Positions 1-11,069 are shown, counted from the stretch's first letter. The stretch is DNA of 64,000 nucleotides from Parcubacteria group bacterium Gr01-1014_3 (GCA_007376445.1 VMGF01000001.1:21802-85801), one strand, 5' to 3'. Notes: a model not told the origin generated them from the letters alone. Translations and numbers: made by a program.

Positions 1-234
1 CAAATGATCCACCTTCATCAAAACCACGCGGAACTTACGCAAAATCCTTTCGATCACGCTATTTATCGAAGCGTCGATCTTGGCGAGCGGTAACCGCGAC
101 ATCGCCTTTTCAAAAGGGTGAAGCGGCTTGTTTGGGATCTCTTCCTCCTTGATCCGGGGCAAAGCCCGCGCGAAAAGATAAAGCACCAAGCCTAAGCTAA
201 GAAAAACTATAGTTTGGAGTATAAATTGAAGCAT
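1..234 (-). CDS. hypothetical membrane-anchored protein (partial, runs off window start)
   Basis: Manual translation from ATG 234: MLQFILQTIVFLSLGLVLYLFARALPRIKEEE..., open to base 1; N-terminal TM helix. Confidence 0.7.
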   Translation of the reverse strand, partial: MLQFILQTIVFLSLGLVLYLFARALPRIKEEEIPNKPLHPFEKAMSRLPLAKIDASINSVIERILRKFRVVLMKVDHL

Positions 235-235
235 A

Positions 236-310
236 GACTAGTCTAAAGTCGAAAGTTCTTAAAGTCTTTAAAGCTTTATGGACTTTATAGACCTTATGGA
301 CTTTTAACTT
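236..310. repeat. 9-bp-periodic inverted repeat (AAAGTCcat/GGACTTTAT family)
   Basis: Degenerate 9-mer units in inverted arrangement; relatives at 23824-23868, 28113-28186, 48408-48442. Confidence 0.7.
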
Positions 311-317
311 ATTGTAA

Positions 318-761
318 TTATACCGCGTATCGGCAGAAGCGCTCAACCCGGATATTCTCTCCAACTTTGGAGATAACACCCTTGATCAGATTCTCAACGG
401 TCAAGCTCGGATCTTTGACATAGGTCTGCTGAAGAAGTTCGGCGGTATCTTTCGGATCCATGGCGGCAATATGCATCACCAAGTCATGCGCTAAGGCCCG
501 GAAAGGATCGGAGCGGACCACGAAATCGGTCTCGCAACGCAAATCCAACAACACGCCCACGCGGCCGTTATGAACATAGGTCTCGAGCAAACCGGCGCCA
601 GTCGCCCTGTCCGCCTTTTTCTCGGCGCGGATCAAACCACGCTCCTGAATAACTTTTTGCGCTAAATCAAAATCGCCTTTCGCTTCTTCCAGCGCTTTTT
701 TGCATTCCATTACACCAGCACCGGTAATCTCGCGAAGTTTTTGTACATCACCTGCCGTCAT
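318..761 (-). CDS. tsf: elongation factor Ts (short form)
   Basis: LREITGAGVMECKKAL and CETDFV motifs; downstream of rpsB. Confidence 0.97.
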   Translation of the reverse strand: MTAGDVQKLREITGAGVMECKKALEEAKGDFDLAQKVIQERGLIRAEKKADRATGAGLLETYVHNGRVGVLLDLRCETDFVVRSDPFRALAHDLVMHIAAMDPKDTAELLQQTYVKDPSLTVENLIKGVISKVGENIRVERFCRYAV

Positions 762-767
762 ATTCTT

Positions 768-814
768 TAATTCGCAATATTAATGATTTTATTTGTATAT
801 TCGCGACTACTCCG
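768..814. repeat. ~45-bp intergenic repeat ATTCGCAATATTAA-N7/8-ATTTGTAYATTCGCGATTACT, copy 1
   Basis: Near-identical copies at 11992-12036, 17802-17848, 33818-33859. Confidence 0.85.
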
Positions 815-1612
815 CTATTTGGTCGCGGGCTTGCTCGTCGTGGCGACAACTACCTGCGCCAAGGCAACTATCCTTTCTTTCGCGCCCTCTTCAATTTTAA
901 CGCCTAATTGATTCAATAACCAAGACACGCTGGTCTTCGCGTTGCTGTTAGCCGGGATCGGATAAGCTATTTCTTCCGGATTACTATCGGTATTAATGAT
1001 GCCAACAACCGGGATATTCAGGCGCTGGGCTTCACGAAGAGCGATCTCATGCTCCACGGTATCGATGATCACCATCGCTTGAGGGAGAACACTCATGCTC
1101 TCAAGTCCACTGAAAAAACCGGACAAGCGCGCGATCTCCTTATCGAAATCTGACTGCTCTTTTTTGGTATACTTTTCCAGCTTTCCGGCCGCTTTGTCAG
1201 TCTTGAGGTTGATGTAGTACTGAATACGCTGATTGATGGTTTTAAAGTTGGTCAATGTTCCACCCAACCAACGCTTGATCACAAATAAAAGCCCATTCTT
1301 TTTCGCGAACTCTTCAACGACAACCTGAGAAGCCGGCATCGTGCCGATTACTAAAATACCGCCGCCCTTCTTGGCAACTTCTTTTAAAAATTCACCAGCC
1401 TTGATCAAGCAAGCCAAGGTTTTAGCCAGATCCAAAACCTCCATCCCGCTTCGGGTGGCATAGATCATAGACTTCATCCGGGGATGAGTCTTGGACTTTT
1501 TACGTCCATACAAAATACCGGCTTTCGCCATTTCTTCAATCGTGGCGCTCTCTGCCGGGCTCAACTCTTTTTCTTTTTGTTCTGCTTCCAGAACCTTTAC
1601 TTCATCAGACAT
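815..1612 (-). CDS. rpsB: 30S ribosomal protein S2
   Basis: RWLGGTLTNF and IPANSNA motifs; start taken at MSDEV. Confidence 0.97.
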   Translation of the reverse strand: MSDEVKVLEAEQKEKELSPAESATIEEMAKAGILYGRKKSKTHPRMKSMIYATRSGMEVLDLAKTLACLIKAGEFLKEVAKKGGGILVIGTMPASQVVVEEFAKKNGLLFVIKRWLGGTLTNFKTINQRIQYYINLKTDKAAGKLEKYTKKEQSDFDKEIARLSGFFSGLESMSVLPQAMVIIDTVEHEIALREAQRLNIPVVGIINTDSNPEEIAYPIPANSNAKTSVSWLLNQLGVKIEEGAKERIVALAQVVVATTSKPATK

Positions 1613-1656
1613 GTAAGAAAGAGTATATAAAAAAACCGCCAACTTGTAAACCCCCA

Positions 1657-2766
1657 CTATAACGTCCCTACCAGCGACAAGATCTGCTTCTTAAAATTAA
1701 CCTTGGAGAACTTCTTAGCCGCCATACTCACCGACTTCCGGTTAAATCGCATCTGCTCAAAACGCTGAACCGCCTCCATTAAACCCTCGGGGGTCTGCAC
1801 ATTGAATAAAGCTCCAGTTTTACCGTCTTGGACAATCTCAAGCGCCCCGCCCGCCGCGTAAGCGATCACCGGCGCTCCACAAGCCTGCGCCTCGGCCGCC
1901 ACCAGGCCAAAGTCCTCAACCTGAGGGAATATCAATGCTTTCGCGCCGCCATAAAGCTGGCGAAGTTCATCGTCGGTCTTAGAGGCCGGGATCAGTTCGA
2001 TATTTGAGGATTTTAAATTTTCAATTTTAAGTTTTAAATTTTCAGATTCCGGCCCGCTCCCCACGATCTTCAACGGAAAGCCTAATTTCGCGAACGCATC
2101 CACCACCAAATCAAAACGCTTGTAGTGAAGCAAGCGGCCTATAGCCAAATAGTAAGTATTATCTTTGTCGTAGCTTTTTGGGACATAATAAAACCGCTCA
2201 CTATCCACCGGCGGATAAACTACCTCCGAATCGCGGCCGTAATAATCTTTGACCTTACCGGCAATAAAGCTGGAATTAGATATTAAAATATTCGGCTTCT
2301 GTCCGGCCTCAAAATCCCAATTTTTTAGATAGTTTATAACTGGTTTTAGAAATGGCTTCCAAAATTGTAAATTGATAATTGAAAATTGAAAATTTAAATA
2401 GTCCGTCTCCCAGGCATAGCGGAGCGGTGTGTGTATATAAGAAATGTGCTTTGTTTTCGCGCCATGCTTTATCCCCTTCGCGTATCCGGCGGTATCCGAG
2501 ATGACGAGATCATACTCATCGCCCAGATCCAGCATCCCCGCCGCGATGGGCATCAGCGGAATGAACCAGCGGTGATTATCGCGGGCGAATTGGAAGTCTA
2601 AAACGCTGGTTTTTTTCACCCGATCGGTGAATTTACCGAAAGTTTTGGCCGGGTCGTGTAATAATGTATAGACAGGAGCCTCCGGGAACATCTCCATCAG
2701 CGTTTCCAGTACCCGTTCGGCGCCACCGTATTGATTTAAGTAATCGTGAACAAGAGCGATGCGCAT
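1657..2766 (-). CDS. GT4 glycosyltransferase
   Basis: HDYLNQYGGAERV, EDFGLVAAEAQACGAPVI. Confidence 0.93.
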   Translation of the reverse strand: MRIALVHDYLNQYGGAERVLETLMEMFPEAPVYTLLHDPAKTFGKFTDRVKKTSVLDFQFARDNHRWFIPLMPIAAGMLDLGDEYDLVISDTAGYAKGIKHGAKTKHISYIHTPLRYAWETDYLNFQFSIINLQFWKPFLKPVINYLKNWDFEAGQKPNILISNSSFIAGKVKDYYGRDSEVVYPPVDSERFYYVPKSYDKDNTYYLAIGRLLHYKRFDLVVDAFAKLGFPLKIVGSGPESENLKLKIENLKSSNIELIPASKTDDELRQLYGGAKALIFPQVEDFGLVAAEAQACGAPVIAYAAGGALEIVQDGKTGALFNVQTPEGLMEAVQRFEQMRFNRKSVSMAAKKFSKVNFKKQILSLVGTL

Positions 2767-2829
2767 ATTGTAAAATATACCACACCGTCATCGTCATTGG
2801 TCATAGTTATGGTTTATAATTCTATTATC

Positions 2830-3432
2830 ATGCTTTACCGCATAGCAAAACGCACCATCGATATTCTGGGATCGCTTGTCGGCCTCGCCCTCCTGGCGCC
2901 TTTATATCCCTTGATCGCCGCCGGGATAAAACTGGAAACCCGCGGACCGGTTTTAGCTAAAATAGACCGAGTCAGCGCCGGTAAAAAATTTCAGGTTTAT
3001 AAATTCCGCTCGATGATCGATGGCGCGCATGCTCTCCGTCCCACTCTCAAAGAATTCAACGAGCGGAAGGACGGTCCGTTCTTCAAAATGTCCCGCGACC
3101 CACGAGTTACCTTAGTTGGCCGGCTGCTCCGCAAATTCCGGATAGATGAATTCCCTCAGCTGATCAATGTGTTAAAAGGCGAGATGTCTCTCGTCGGCCC
3201 GCGTCCTCATGAACCGGGAGAAGTTATTCATTACCCGCCTGAATACCGCCACCTGATGCTCGCCAAGGCTGGCGTCACCGGCCTCTCGCAAGTAAACGGC
3301 GCTTCGGCTTTGCCATTTTTAAAAGAACTGGAGCTGGATAGTCATTATGTAAAAAATCCGTCCCTTTGGAGGGATGCGAAAATCATCGGCAAAACTGCTT
3401 CGATTATATTTTTTGACCCGACAGCGGTTTAA
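2830..3432 (+). CDS. polyprenyl-phosphate sugar phosphotransferase (WcaJ/WbaP C-terminal type)
   Basis: KRxxD, KFRSM, DPRVT, DEFPQLINVLKGEMSLVGPRP. Confidence 0.93.
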   Translation: MLYRIAKRTIDILGSLVGLALLAPLYPLIAAGIKLETRGPVLAKIDRVSAGKKFQVYKFRSMIDGAHALRPTLKEFNERKDGPFFKMSRDPRVTLVGRLLRKFRIDEFPQLINVLKGEMSLVGPRPHEPGEVIHYPPEYRHLMLAKAGVTGLSQVNGASALPFLKELELDSHYVKNPSLWRDAKIIGKTASIIFFDPTAV

Positions 3433-3896
3433 ACCAAACTTCCGACTTCTTTTATTTCCATCTCGAGAATCTTATCGGCTTCGCCGAATAAAATTTTACC
3501 CTGAAATTTCTTTCCTGCTAAAAATAACGGGAACCAGTGAATGTCGTCGGGCCACATTTTGTCGTAAGGCATTTCATTTACGTGATACCATGCCGGTTTC
3601 ATCTCCTCGCTTTCGCTAGGCTGGCCAGCAAAATCTTCGGCGCGAAAAATATGAACTTCCAAAATCTCCGGATTTCCTTGAAACTCAAAATCCATCAAGC
3701 CAACTTTTTCCATTTTATTAACCGTGATCCCCGCTTCCTCAAGTAATTCTCGTTTAGCTCCATCTTCGATCGTTTCGCCAGCCTGAACCTTACCGCCAAA
3801 GCCGTTCCACCGGCCAGCGCCAAATCCCCGCTTCTTCATTCCAAGAAGTACTCGCGGATGCTGATGCACGACACAAAGAGTTAAAATTTTTCGCAT
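3429..3896 (-). CDS. NUDIX hydrolase, MTH1/NUDT1-like 8-oxo-dGTPase
   Basis: KKRGFGAGRWNGFGGK, Nudix box RELLEEAG, MWPDD. Confidence 0.9.
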   Translation of the reverse strand: MRKILTLCVVHQHPRVLLGMKKRGFGAGRWNGFGGKVQAGETIEDGAKRELLEEAGITVNKMEKVGLMDFEFQGNPEILEVHIFRAEDFAGQPSESEEMKPAWYHVNEMPYDKMWPDDIHWFPLFLAGKKFQGKILFGEADKILEMEIKEVGSLV

Positions 3897-3925
3897 AGTT
3901 TGTTTTTGGTCTGTATAATAAGTTT

Positions 3926-5011
3926 ATGTCTAAAATCCTGATTGTTGTCGATGCTCCCGGACCGGCTGAGTTTATTTTACCAGTCATACCTAGACTTACA
4001 ACTTATAACTTGAAACTTATAACTGTCGGCAACTCCCCCACTAAAATCCTAGCCGCGTATAAGCCACTGCGCATAGATAGCGAGGCCGAAGCCACGAAAA
4101 TTTACACCGAAATCAATCCTGACATTTTATTGGTCGCGATGAGTTCGCTAGTACTCGGCCCATATGTAAACCAAAAAATCACCGAACTCGCCCACGCTGA
4201 CAAAAAGAAAATAATCTGTTTCCAGGATTATTGGGCTAATCATCGGCACGCGATGAACTTCAAAATGCTGAATTTCTGGGATGTGGTTTTGGTGCCAGAT
4301 GAGCTCGCGAAAAATTATTTATTGGAAGATGGCTACTCCGGCCAAATCGTCATCACTGGCAATCCGGGCTTTGATCGCTTCCGCGATCTAGATGTCGCGG
4401 CGGAAAGAAAAAGGCTTCGCGCCAAGTTCGGGATTGCCGAGGGTTCATTCGTCATTCTCCACTCCGGCACCGGAACACCACAAAGCTACAAAGAAGACGA
4501 AATAACCTTTAATTTTCTCGCTAAGGCCGTCCGTGAACTTTCCGCAAACTTAAAACTTGAAACTAATAACTTAAAACTTATTTTTATCTCGCGCCCGCAC
4601 CCTCGCGATGAAGAGCCCGGTCGTTATCAAAGACTTGCGCCGGACTTGAACTTGTTGGATACCTCTACAATTCCACTAACCGAAGATATTCTGCCGATCG
4701 CGGATCTTTCGGTGGCGATGTACTCCACCAACCTGATCCATGCCTGCTATATGCGAATACCCGGCATCAGTATTCTTCTTCCGAATGCCGGATTAAAGAG
4801 GTTAGAAAAAACCTCGCTTCAAGATTTCCCACCGAATAATCTCGGCGCCACGATCGGGATTTACGAGGAATCCGTGCCAAAACTCAAAAATGAAATTGAA
4901 AAAATAATATCGGATTCAAGTTATCGGAATAAAATCATTGAAACGCAGAAAAAGTATTTTAAGCTTGAGGGTGAACTGGCTTCCGTTAAAGTCGCGGATG
5001 TGATAAGTTAG
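3926..5011 (+). CDS. GT-B fold protein (CDP-glycerol glycerophosphotransferase-like)
   Basis: ITGNPGFD, RPHP, ST motifs; next to glycan genes. Confidence 0.6.
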   Translation: MSKILIVVDAPGPAEFILPVIPRLTTYNLKLITVGNSPTKILAAYKPLRIDSEAEATKIYTEINPDILLVAMSSLVLGPYVNQKITELAHADKKKIICFQDYWANHRHAMNFKMLNFWDVVLVPDELAKNYLLEDGYSGQIVITGNPGFDRFRDLDVAAERKRLRAKFGIAEGSFVILHSGTGTPQSYKEDEITFNFLAKAVRELSANLKLETNNLKLIFISRPHPRDEEPGRYQRLAPDLNLLDTSTIPLTEDILPIADLSVAMYSTNLIHACYMRIPGISILLPNAGLKRLEKTSLQDFPPNNLGATIGIYEESVPKLKNEIEKIISDSSYRNKIIETQKKYFKLEGELASVKVADVIS

Positions 5012-5029
5012 TCTCGAAGGAGGTGGCTA

Positions 5030-5248
5030 ATGCCCCGACCTGAAGCTCCAAAGATTGTGATTGTTAACGGAGATGATTGGCATGGACTTTATGTGAACGG
5101 AAAGCTGTATTACGAAGGCCATGAGATTCCCACCGACATCATATTTAAGGCTCTGAAAGTCCCCTACAAGGCCATTGACTGTGATCTTCCTTGGTTAATT
5201 AAAAACGGAAGATTTCCGGCCGATCTCAAGCAGGTCAAGAAAGGATAG
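5030..5248 (+). CDS. small hypothetical protein (SD-led accessory class)
   Basis: AAGGAGGT upstream; phage-like DDWHGLYVNGKL. Confidence 0.75.
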   Translation: MPRPEAPKIVIVNGDDWHGLYVNGKLYYEGHEIPTDIIFKALKVPYKAIDCDLPWLIKNGRFPADLKQVKKG

Positions 5249-5256
5249 GAGGATCA

Positions 5257-5445
5257 ATGGATCTCGCGCAATTCAAACTGGCCGTGCTGAGCCATAATGA
5301 ATTTACCGATGACCAAGTTGAAGAGATGCTCTATGAAGTAACCGTCAACGACGTCAACGATATCGTTGATCTAATCAATATTCTGAAGCGTAACCGCCCG
5401 AAACTCATTAAAAAGCTGAACGAGATGATTAAGAAAAATCAATAA
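5257..5445 (+). CDS. small hypothetical protein (SD-led)
   Basis: AGGAGG upstream; followed by AATAACCGC-TTAG-GCGGTTATT terminator. Confidence 0.7.
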   Translation: MDLAQFKLAVLSHNEFTDDQVEEMLYEVTVNDVNDIVDLINILKRNRPKLIKKLNEMIKKNQ

Positions 5446-5470
5446 CCGCTTAGGCGGTTATTTTTATAAT

Positions 5471-5499
5471 TTGACAAATTAAATTATTTATGCTAGAAT
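5471..5499 (+). promoter_or_regulatory. sigma70 promoter
   Basis: TTGACA-17-TAGAAT with TG extension. Confidence 0.8.
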
Positions 5500-5536
5500 A
5501 CCGATAGTTCAATTAACTCAATTTAGGAGACTGTGC

Positions 5537-5824
5537 ATGGATCTGAGCAAGGTCGTCGATTTCATCTACTGGCATGCCCTCTCGATGATAGAGCCGTGGG
5601 ATGACGCGGTTCTCAAGGCGATGACCGTGCCCGAGCTGACGGAAAAAGGATTTCAGGTCAGCTCATCCTTGGACCCGGAATGTCGTGTCGGAATGATCGA
5701 ATCTCGGGGCATGATCTTCGTTGCGGTTTCTGGTCCCATGTGTGGCTACTCGTCCATGGCCATTGACCAGAAAAAGGCGAAGGCTTTCTACGAAGAAGTC
5801 GTGGACGCCCTATTGGTCGCCTAG
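5537..5824 (+). CDS. small hypothetical protein (SD-led)
   Basis: TAGGAG upstream, own promoter. Confidence 0.75.
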   Translation: MDLSKVVDFIYWHALSMIEPWDDAVLKAMTVPELTEKGFQVSSSLDPECRVGMIESRGMIFVAVSGPMCGYSSMAIDQKKAKAFYEEVVDALLVA

Positions 5825-5878
5825 GAATCAAAGTGCTGAGCAACACTTAAAACTGCTCTTTTTTTATTCTTAAAATAT

Positions 5879-6082
5879 CTAAGATTTGCGGCGGCGGATA
5901 AACCAACGAACGATCTCCGCCAATATCGCTACCGGTAAACTTAATAGAAAAATATAACCAAGCACATTACTTAATTCCCGAAAATGGCCAAGAGTGATCA
6001 CATTTATCACGATCGAAAACACCCAGCCCATCGCGCTAAGCGCGAATACTATTATTCCGATGAAGATTGGGCGCTTTAACAT
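5879..6082 (-). CDS. two-TM small membrane protein
   Basis: Two hydrophobic helices, basic C-terminus. Confidence 0.65.
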   Translation of the reverse strand: MLKRPIFIGIIVFALSAMGWVFSIVINVITLGHFRELSNVLGYIFLLSLPVAILAEIVRWFIRRRKS

Positions 6083-6090
6083 TAAAGAGA

Positions 6091-6837
6091 TTACTCGTAC
6101 TTAGCCGGTACGCTGGCAAAACCGTTTTTCGTGATAATGATATGGTCGATCAGATGAATTCCTAAAATTTTTCCGGCCTCGATCAGCTGCTTGGTAATTT
6201 GAACATCGTCTTCGCTTGGCGTGGTGATACCTGAAGGATGATTGTGGGCTAAAATTACCGCGGAAGCGGAATATTCCAGCGCGGGTTTAAAAACTTCGCG
6301 CGGGTGGATAATGCTGGAGTTTAAACTTCCGATAGAAATAACCTCATCGCGCACTAGGTGGTGATGGCTATTTAGATATAAACCGCGCAGATGCTCCTTC
6401 GGCAATTCGCGCATATCTTTTAAATATTCATAAACTTGCTTGGCCGTGCGAATGAAATCCAACTGACCATCTTTATTGGTGTCTTTGAAAAACCGGCGGC
6501 CTAATTCAAAGCAGGCTACAACCTGACAAGCTTTGATCAAAGGAATCCTCAGCATTTTCTGAATCCTAGCCGGACTTTTCTGATCCACGATGGCGCTCTG
6601 GCCATATTCCCTCAAAAGCCGCTTCGACATCGCGAGCACGCCTTCTCTGGTGGTGCCGACATTAAGCACGACTGCCAAAAGTTCACTGACCGAGAGTTCG
6701 CCCGGACCATATTTCATCAATCTTTCTCGCGGCTTTTCTTCCGGTGGAAGATCGCGAATTCTTAAATCATAAGATTGTTCGAGATTATCCAGCACCAACT
6801 CCGTGTTCGCAATTTTATATATTGTATTTAATTTCAT
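6091..6837 (-). CDS. radC: RadC/JAB-domain protein
   Basis: EKPRERL, HPREVF, AHNHPSG...PSEDD, DHIII. Confidence 0.93.
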   Translation of the reverse strand: MKLNTIYKIANTELVLDNLEQSYDLRIRDLPPEEKPRERLMKYGPGELSVSELLAVVLNVGTTREGVLAMSKRLLREYGQSAIVDQKSPARIQKMLRIPLIKACQVVACFELGRRFFKDTNKDGQLDFIRTAKQVYEYLKDMRELPKEHLRGLYLNSHHHLVRDEVISIGSLNSSIIHPREVFKPALEYSASAVILAHNHPSGITTPSEDDVQITKQLIEAGKILGIHLIDHIIITKNGFASVPAKYE

Positions 6838-6967
6838 CTTTTTATCTTAACATTTTTTAGCTTGTCCCATACATAACTAGCTTATGTGTGGGATTGACGC
6901 GTCCGCATAATTATACTAAATTTCTTCTAGTTCTTAAATAGTCACGGAACAATCAAGGAGGCGCAGA

Positions 6968-7198
6968 ATGTATTACATCATTGAATTTCACGCGGATGGC
7001 GGCCAGATGTGTATACCAGGCCGACGCGCATTCTCTGATCCTGAAGCGGCAAAGAAATTCGCGGAAAGAATGAGATCAGAACCTGATCATACCTGCGGAC
7101 TCGAATCCGTAAAAGAATTTGTCTCAGAAACCGATCTTGGAAACGAAGGCGAGATATATCCAATACTGGCTAACGCCGGACGCGAAAGGAGGGTTTAA
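6968..7198 (+). CDS. small hypothetical protein (SD-led)
   Basis: AAGGAGG upstream; TTGACG-17-TAAATT at 6894-6922. Confidence 0.7.
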   Translation: MYYIIEFHADGGQMCIPGRRAFSDPEAAKKFAERMRSEPDHTCGLESVKEFVSETDLGNEGEIYPILANAGRERRV

Positions 7199-7396
7199 AT
7201 GATTAAGGTATTCGTGGATGTTGATGGAACTATGCATTCCACTGAAGTCTCGGCTGACACGCATGAGTGGTTGCGGAATGGCGCGTATTTGAGAAATCGC
7301 CCGATTGGCCTCTATCTCGAAAGAGTTGTTCGTGAATACGGAGCTCTCACGGAAGAAAACATCCTGAAATTCATGGATGAAAAGTGGGTATTATGA
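7199..7396 (+). CDS. small hypothetical protein, possible ribbon-helix-helix
   Basis: AAGGAGG upstream; strand-helix-helix pattern. Confidence 0.65.
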   Translation: MIKVFVDVDGTMHSTEVSADTHEWLRNGAYLRNRPIGLYLERVVREYGALTEENILKFMDEKWVL

Positions 7397-7599
7397 AGCA
7401 GCTGCCAGAAGCCAAGATGGTTATGCATCATGATGATCCGCCCTGCAAAGCTCGTTTACATAATGGCGTTTGTCCTGAATGCGAATTCGTTCCGGATATG
7501 CAGAGCCTGCAATTGTGGCCATATTGCCCGTCGTGCGACGTGCCTCTCAAAAATCTGCAGTGCCCGAAATGCCAACAGACTTTCCAAGCCCCCAGCTAA
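7393..7599 (+). CDS. zinc-ribbon protein
   Basis: CPEC, CPSC, CPKC; ATGA overlap with the previous gene. Confidence 0.7.
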   Translation: MKQLPEAKMVMHHDDPPCKARLHNGVCPECEFVPDMQSLQLWPYCPSCDVPLKNLQCPKCQQTFQAPS

Positions 7600-8040
7600 T
7601 TAGCTGGGTTTTTTATTGCACGCCATAGATATAATCAATTTAGAATATTCAGAAATTTCAGGAAGATGATCTATGCTAAACCACTTTGCTTCTAAAATTT
7701 CCCGTGTATCAATATTTAATTCTTTATTTTGGGTTATTCCTGTAAAAACTATTACCGTATCTTTTTTGAATTCTTGATTAGAGGTATATTCTCCAATCTT
7801 TCTTAAATTTTCAACTGCGATTCCTACTTCTTCTAATAACTCCCTTTTTATCGCCTGATCGGGTGTTTCATTATTATTTATGCCACCGCCCGGAAACATC
7901 CACTGTTTATAACCACCATAGCTATTTTTGATCATCAAAACTTCTCCGTCATTTTCAACCACGCATTTTACGCCGAATGTTTTTGGCCTGAATATAAACC
8001 AATAAATTAATCCTAAAAAATGTTTAATCTTACTTACCAT
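7600..8040 (-). CDS. NUDIX hydrolase
   Basis: PGG...[12 protein letters not shown]; start taken at MVSKIK. Confidence 0.85.
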   Translation of the reverse strand: MVSKIKHFLGLIYWFIFRPKTFGVKCVVENDGEVLMIKNSYGGYKQWMFPGGGINNNETPDQAIKRELLEEVGIAVENLRKIGEYTSNQEFKKDTVIVFTGITQNKELNIDTREILEAKWFSIDHLPEISEYSKLIISMACNKKPS

Positions 8041-10384
8041 GACACTTCTTATATTTCTTTCCGCTGCCGCAAGAGCAGGGCTCATTCCTACCAACCTTCG
8101 GTTGGTCACCATTGACCGATGACATATGACTGATGACGGAAGATGATGGCATGGTCATTTTGTCATTGTTATTGGTCATAGTCTGCAAACGCTCCGCGTT
8201 TGCGGCCATCCATTCCTCAAAATCCGCCAGCATCTGCCGATATAAGCGGAAGCCTTCGCTACGGTATTCAACCAGCGGATCGTGCTGGCCGTAGGCGCGC
8301 AAACGAACCGATTCCGTGAGCGCTTCCATATTTTCCAAATGCGTCATCCAGAACATGTCCAGCGCGCCCAAAATTTGCGGATGGCCCCCGCTGAATAAAA
8401 GTTCGTTGCGCTTTTTATAGATTGCTTGGCGCTGTTTATTCAAAACATCGTCATAATCCAATAAATGTTTGCGGGCATCGAAGTTCGCGCCCTCAACTCT
8501 CCCCTGCGCTTGCGCCACCACGCGCGAAACTACTTTCGATTCGATCGGCATATCATCCGGCACTTTCAACATCTGCATCATGCCTTTTAAACGATCGCCT
8601 CCGAAGATCCGCATCAGGTCATCCTCAACTGACAAAAAGAATTGCGAAGAACCCGGATCACCCTGACGGGCGCAGCGGCCACGGAGCTGGTTATCAATGC
8701 GGCGGGATTCGTGGCGTTCGGTGCCGATCACGTGCAAACCGCCCAGCTCCTTCACCTTTGTGGCATCCAGAATATCGGGTGGATTGCCGCCCAAAATAAT
8801 ATCCACGCCACGGCCGGCCATGTTGGTGGCTACAGTCACACCGCCCAGCTTTCCAGCCTGCGCGATGATCGCGCCTTCGCGTTCGTTGTTTTTGGCGTTC
8901 AACATCTCGTGCGGAATACCGCCATCCCGGAGCGCGCGGGAAAGTTCTTCATTTTTCTCAATGGAAACCGTGCCGATCAAAACCGGCTGGCCCTTTTTAT
9001 TGCGTTCTTTTACATCCGCCACGATCGCCGCGTATTTTCCAGCCATATTCTTAAATATCAGATCGGACTGATCTTTACGCACATTTTCCCGATTCGGCGG
9101 AATCGAAACCACCCCAAGTTTATAAACTTTATCGAACTCTTCGGCGGAGGTCTGCGCCGTACCAGTCATGCCGCCAAGTTTTTTATACAAACGGAAATAA
9201 TTTTGAATGGAGATCTGCGCGTAGGTTTTAGATTCATTCTGCACGCTCAAGCCCTCTTTAGCTTCGATGGCCTGATGTAAACCACCAGAATACCGGCGAC
9301 CAGGAAGCAAACGACCGGTGAACTGGTCAACGAGAATTATCTCACCTCCGCCCGTTCCGGCGGATTTTACAACATAATCCTTATCCAGTTTAAAAAGCGC
9401 CTTGGCTTTCAAACTTTCCTGAAGATAATGCGTCAGTCGCAAATTTTCCGGGCCATAAAGTTCTTTGATATTTAACTGCTTCTCAACTTTATCAATGCCG
9501 GCATCGGTCATCTCCACCGCCTTCAGTTTTTCGTCTTTGGTGTAATCAACTCCATCTTCGAGGCGCTCCACCAGCCGCGCGAAAGTTTTGTAATATTCGC
9601 TGGAAGCCGTATCCGGCGCGGAAATGATCAAAGGCGTGCGGGCCTCATCAATTAAAATACTGTCCACCTCGTCGATGATCGCGTAGTTGTGATCACGTTG
9701 AACTTTTTGCTCCAAGCGATAGATTAAATTATCGCGGAGATAATCAAAACCGAACTCGTGGTTAGTTCCATATGTAATATCCGCCCAGTAGGCATCGCGC
9801 CTGGAAACCGGGCGCAAGAATTCTTGCTGGACTAAAAAGGCGCCAGTCGTGTCCCGCTCGCGATCGATCAGGGCCTGATCATCCGCCGGTACGCGATAAG
9901 TTGGGTCGTACATCAGCGCACCGTCGTGGATCAAGCAAGCCACCTTCAAACCGAGCGCGTGATAGATCTGGCCCATCCAGACAGTGTCGCGTTTGGCGAG
10001 ATATTCGTTGACCGTCACCACGTGCACGCCATTTCCGGTAAGCGCGTTCAGATATACCGGCGCGGTAGCCGAAAGAGTCTTACCTTCACCGGTACCCATC
10101 TCGGCGATCTTGCCCTGATGTAGAGCCACACCGCCCATCAACTGAACATCGAAATGCCGTTGGCCAAGATTGCGTTTGGCAACTTCACGAACTAAGGCAA
10201 AAGCTCGCGGTAAGACCCGGTCCAAATCCGGCGAAACTTTTATTTCATCCCGAAGCCGCTCACTTTCCATCTTCAAACCGGCATCGCTTAAAACCTTAAT
10301 CTCACCCTCCAGGGCGTTTATCTCAACTACGGCTTTTCGTAGAGCCGCGTCCGACTTAAAAAGTTTTGAAAGCCATTTGAACAT
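8030..10384 (-). CDS. secA: preprotein translocase SecA
   Basis: [47 protein letters not shown]. Confidence 0.98.
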   Translation of the reverse strand: MFKWLSKLFKSDAALRKAVVEINALEGEIKVLSDAGLKMESERLRDEIKVSPDLDRVLPRAFALVREVAKRNLGQRHFDVQLMGGVALHQGKIAEMGTGEGKTLSATAPVYLNALTGNGVHVVTVNEYLAKRDTVWMGQIYHALGLKVACLIHDGALMYDPTYRVPADDQALIDRERDTTGAFLVQQEFLRPVSRRDAYWADITYGTNHEFGFDYLRDNLIYRLEQKVQRDHNYAIIDEVDSILIDEARTPLIISAPDTASSEYYKTFARLVERLEDGVDYTKDEKLKAVEMTDAGIDKVEKQLNIKELYGPENLRLTHYLQESLKAKALFKLDKDYVVKSAGTGGGEIILVDQFTGRLLPGRRYSGGLHQAIEAKEGLSVQNESKTYAQISIQNYFRLYKKLGGMTGTAQTSAEEFDKVYKLGVVSIPPNRENVRKDQSDLIFKNMAGKYAAIVADVKERNKKGQPVLIGTVSIEKNEELSRALRDGGIPHEMLNAKNNEREGAIIAQAGKLGGVTVATNMAGRGVDIILGGNPPDILDATKVKELGGLHVIGTERHESRRIDNQLRGRCARQGDPGSSQFFLSVEDDLMRIFGGDRLKGMMQMLKVPDDMPIESKVVSRVVAQAQGRVEGANFDARKHLLDYDDVLNKQRQAIYKKRNELLFSGGHPQILGALDMFWMTHLENMEALTESVRLRAYGQHDPLVEYRSEGFRLYRQMLADFEEWMAANAERLQTMTNNNDKMTMPSSSVISHMSSVNGDQPKVGRNEPCSCGSGKKYKKCHGK

Positions 10385-10569
10385 GCCAGATTTGTATAAA
10401 TTTTTAGCTCAATTTGTAGCGACAAAATTTATCTACAAATTTGAGCACCCCGCCGTATGGCGTGGGTCATTAGCGTAGTATAGTCTAAAATACCGATTTG
10501 ACAAAGTAGGCATTTTTATGCTATAATCCAGCCAGTTACTTAAACGTGTTTCTTTTAAGGAGAATCGTG

Positions 10570-10908
10570 ATGGCTGACGAGGTCGAGATCTTCGAATACT
10601 TCAAGACTCCGTTGGGACGAAATCCGAAGTTGCCGCCATTCATCGTTGAGCAGAGCGACAGCCATTACCGGGTGACGGGCACCTTCAGAAGCGGAGTTGT
10701 CTCCCCGATGGCCGTGCCGCAGATGAACTTCCGTGGATCCAAGAGGTACGCCCCCTGGAGCCAGCGGTTGTCGAAAGAAGATGCCGTTCGTTGGACGGGG
10801 TATCTGAACAAGCTCCACGCCGATGGTCACATCGACTGGAGCGGCGGCACTCCGGCGATCATCCCGGCAATCGACAGGCTTCCCAAGGAAGCAACCAAGG
10901 CCAGCTAG
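10570..10908 (+). CDS. hypothetical protein (SD-led)
   Basis: TTGACA-18-TATAAT at 10498-10527, TAAGGAG, terminator 10924-10960. Confidence 0.75.
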   Translation: MADEVEIFEYFKTPLGRNPKLPPFIVEQSDSHYRVTGTFRSGVVSPMAVPQMNFRGSKRYAPWSQRLSKEDAVRWTGYLNKLHADGHIDWSGGTPAIIPAIDRLPKEATKAS

Positions 10909-11069
10909 CAGTAGGCGGCAGTGATCCCCCTGAATCCAATGCGGTTCAGGGGGATTTTTTATTTTGACAAATTAAATTTATTTGGTATAATTATCCGGAT
11001 CTTTGAAAATGGTTCGGCCCGTTCGACGGACTCAGGGCAGGCAAGCTCACCACGAGCAACGGAGGAGAT

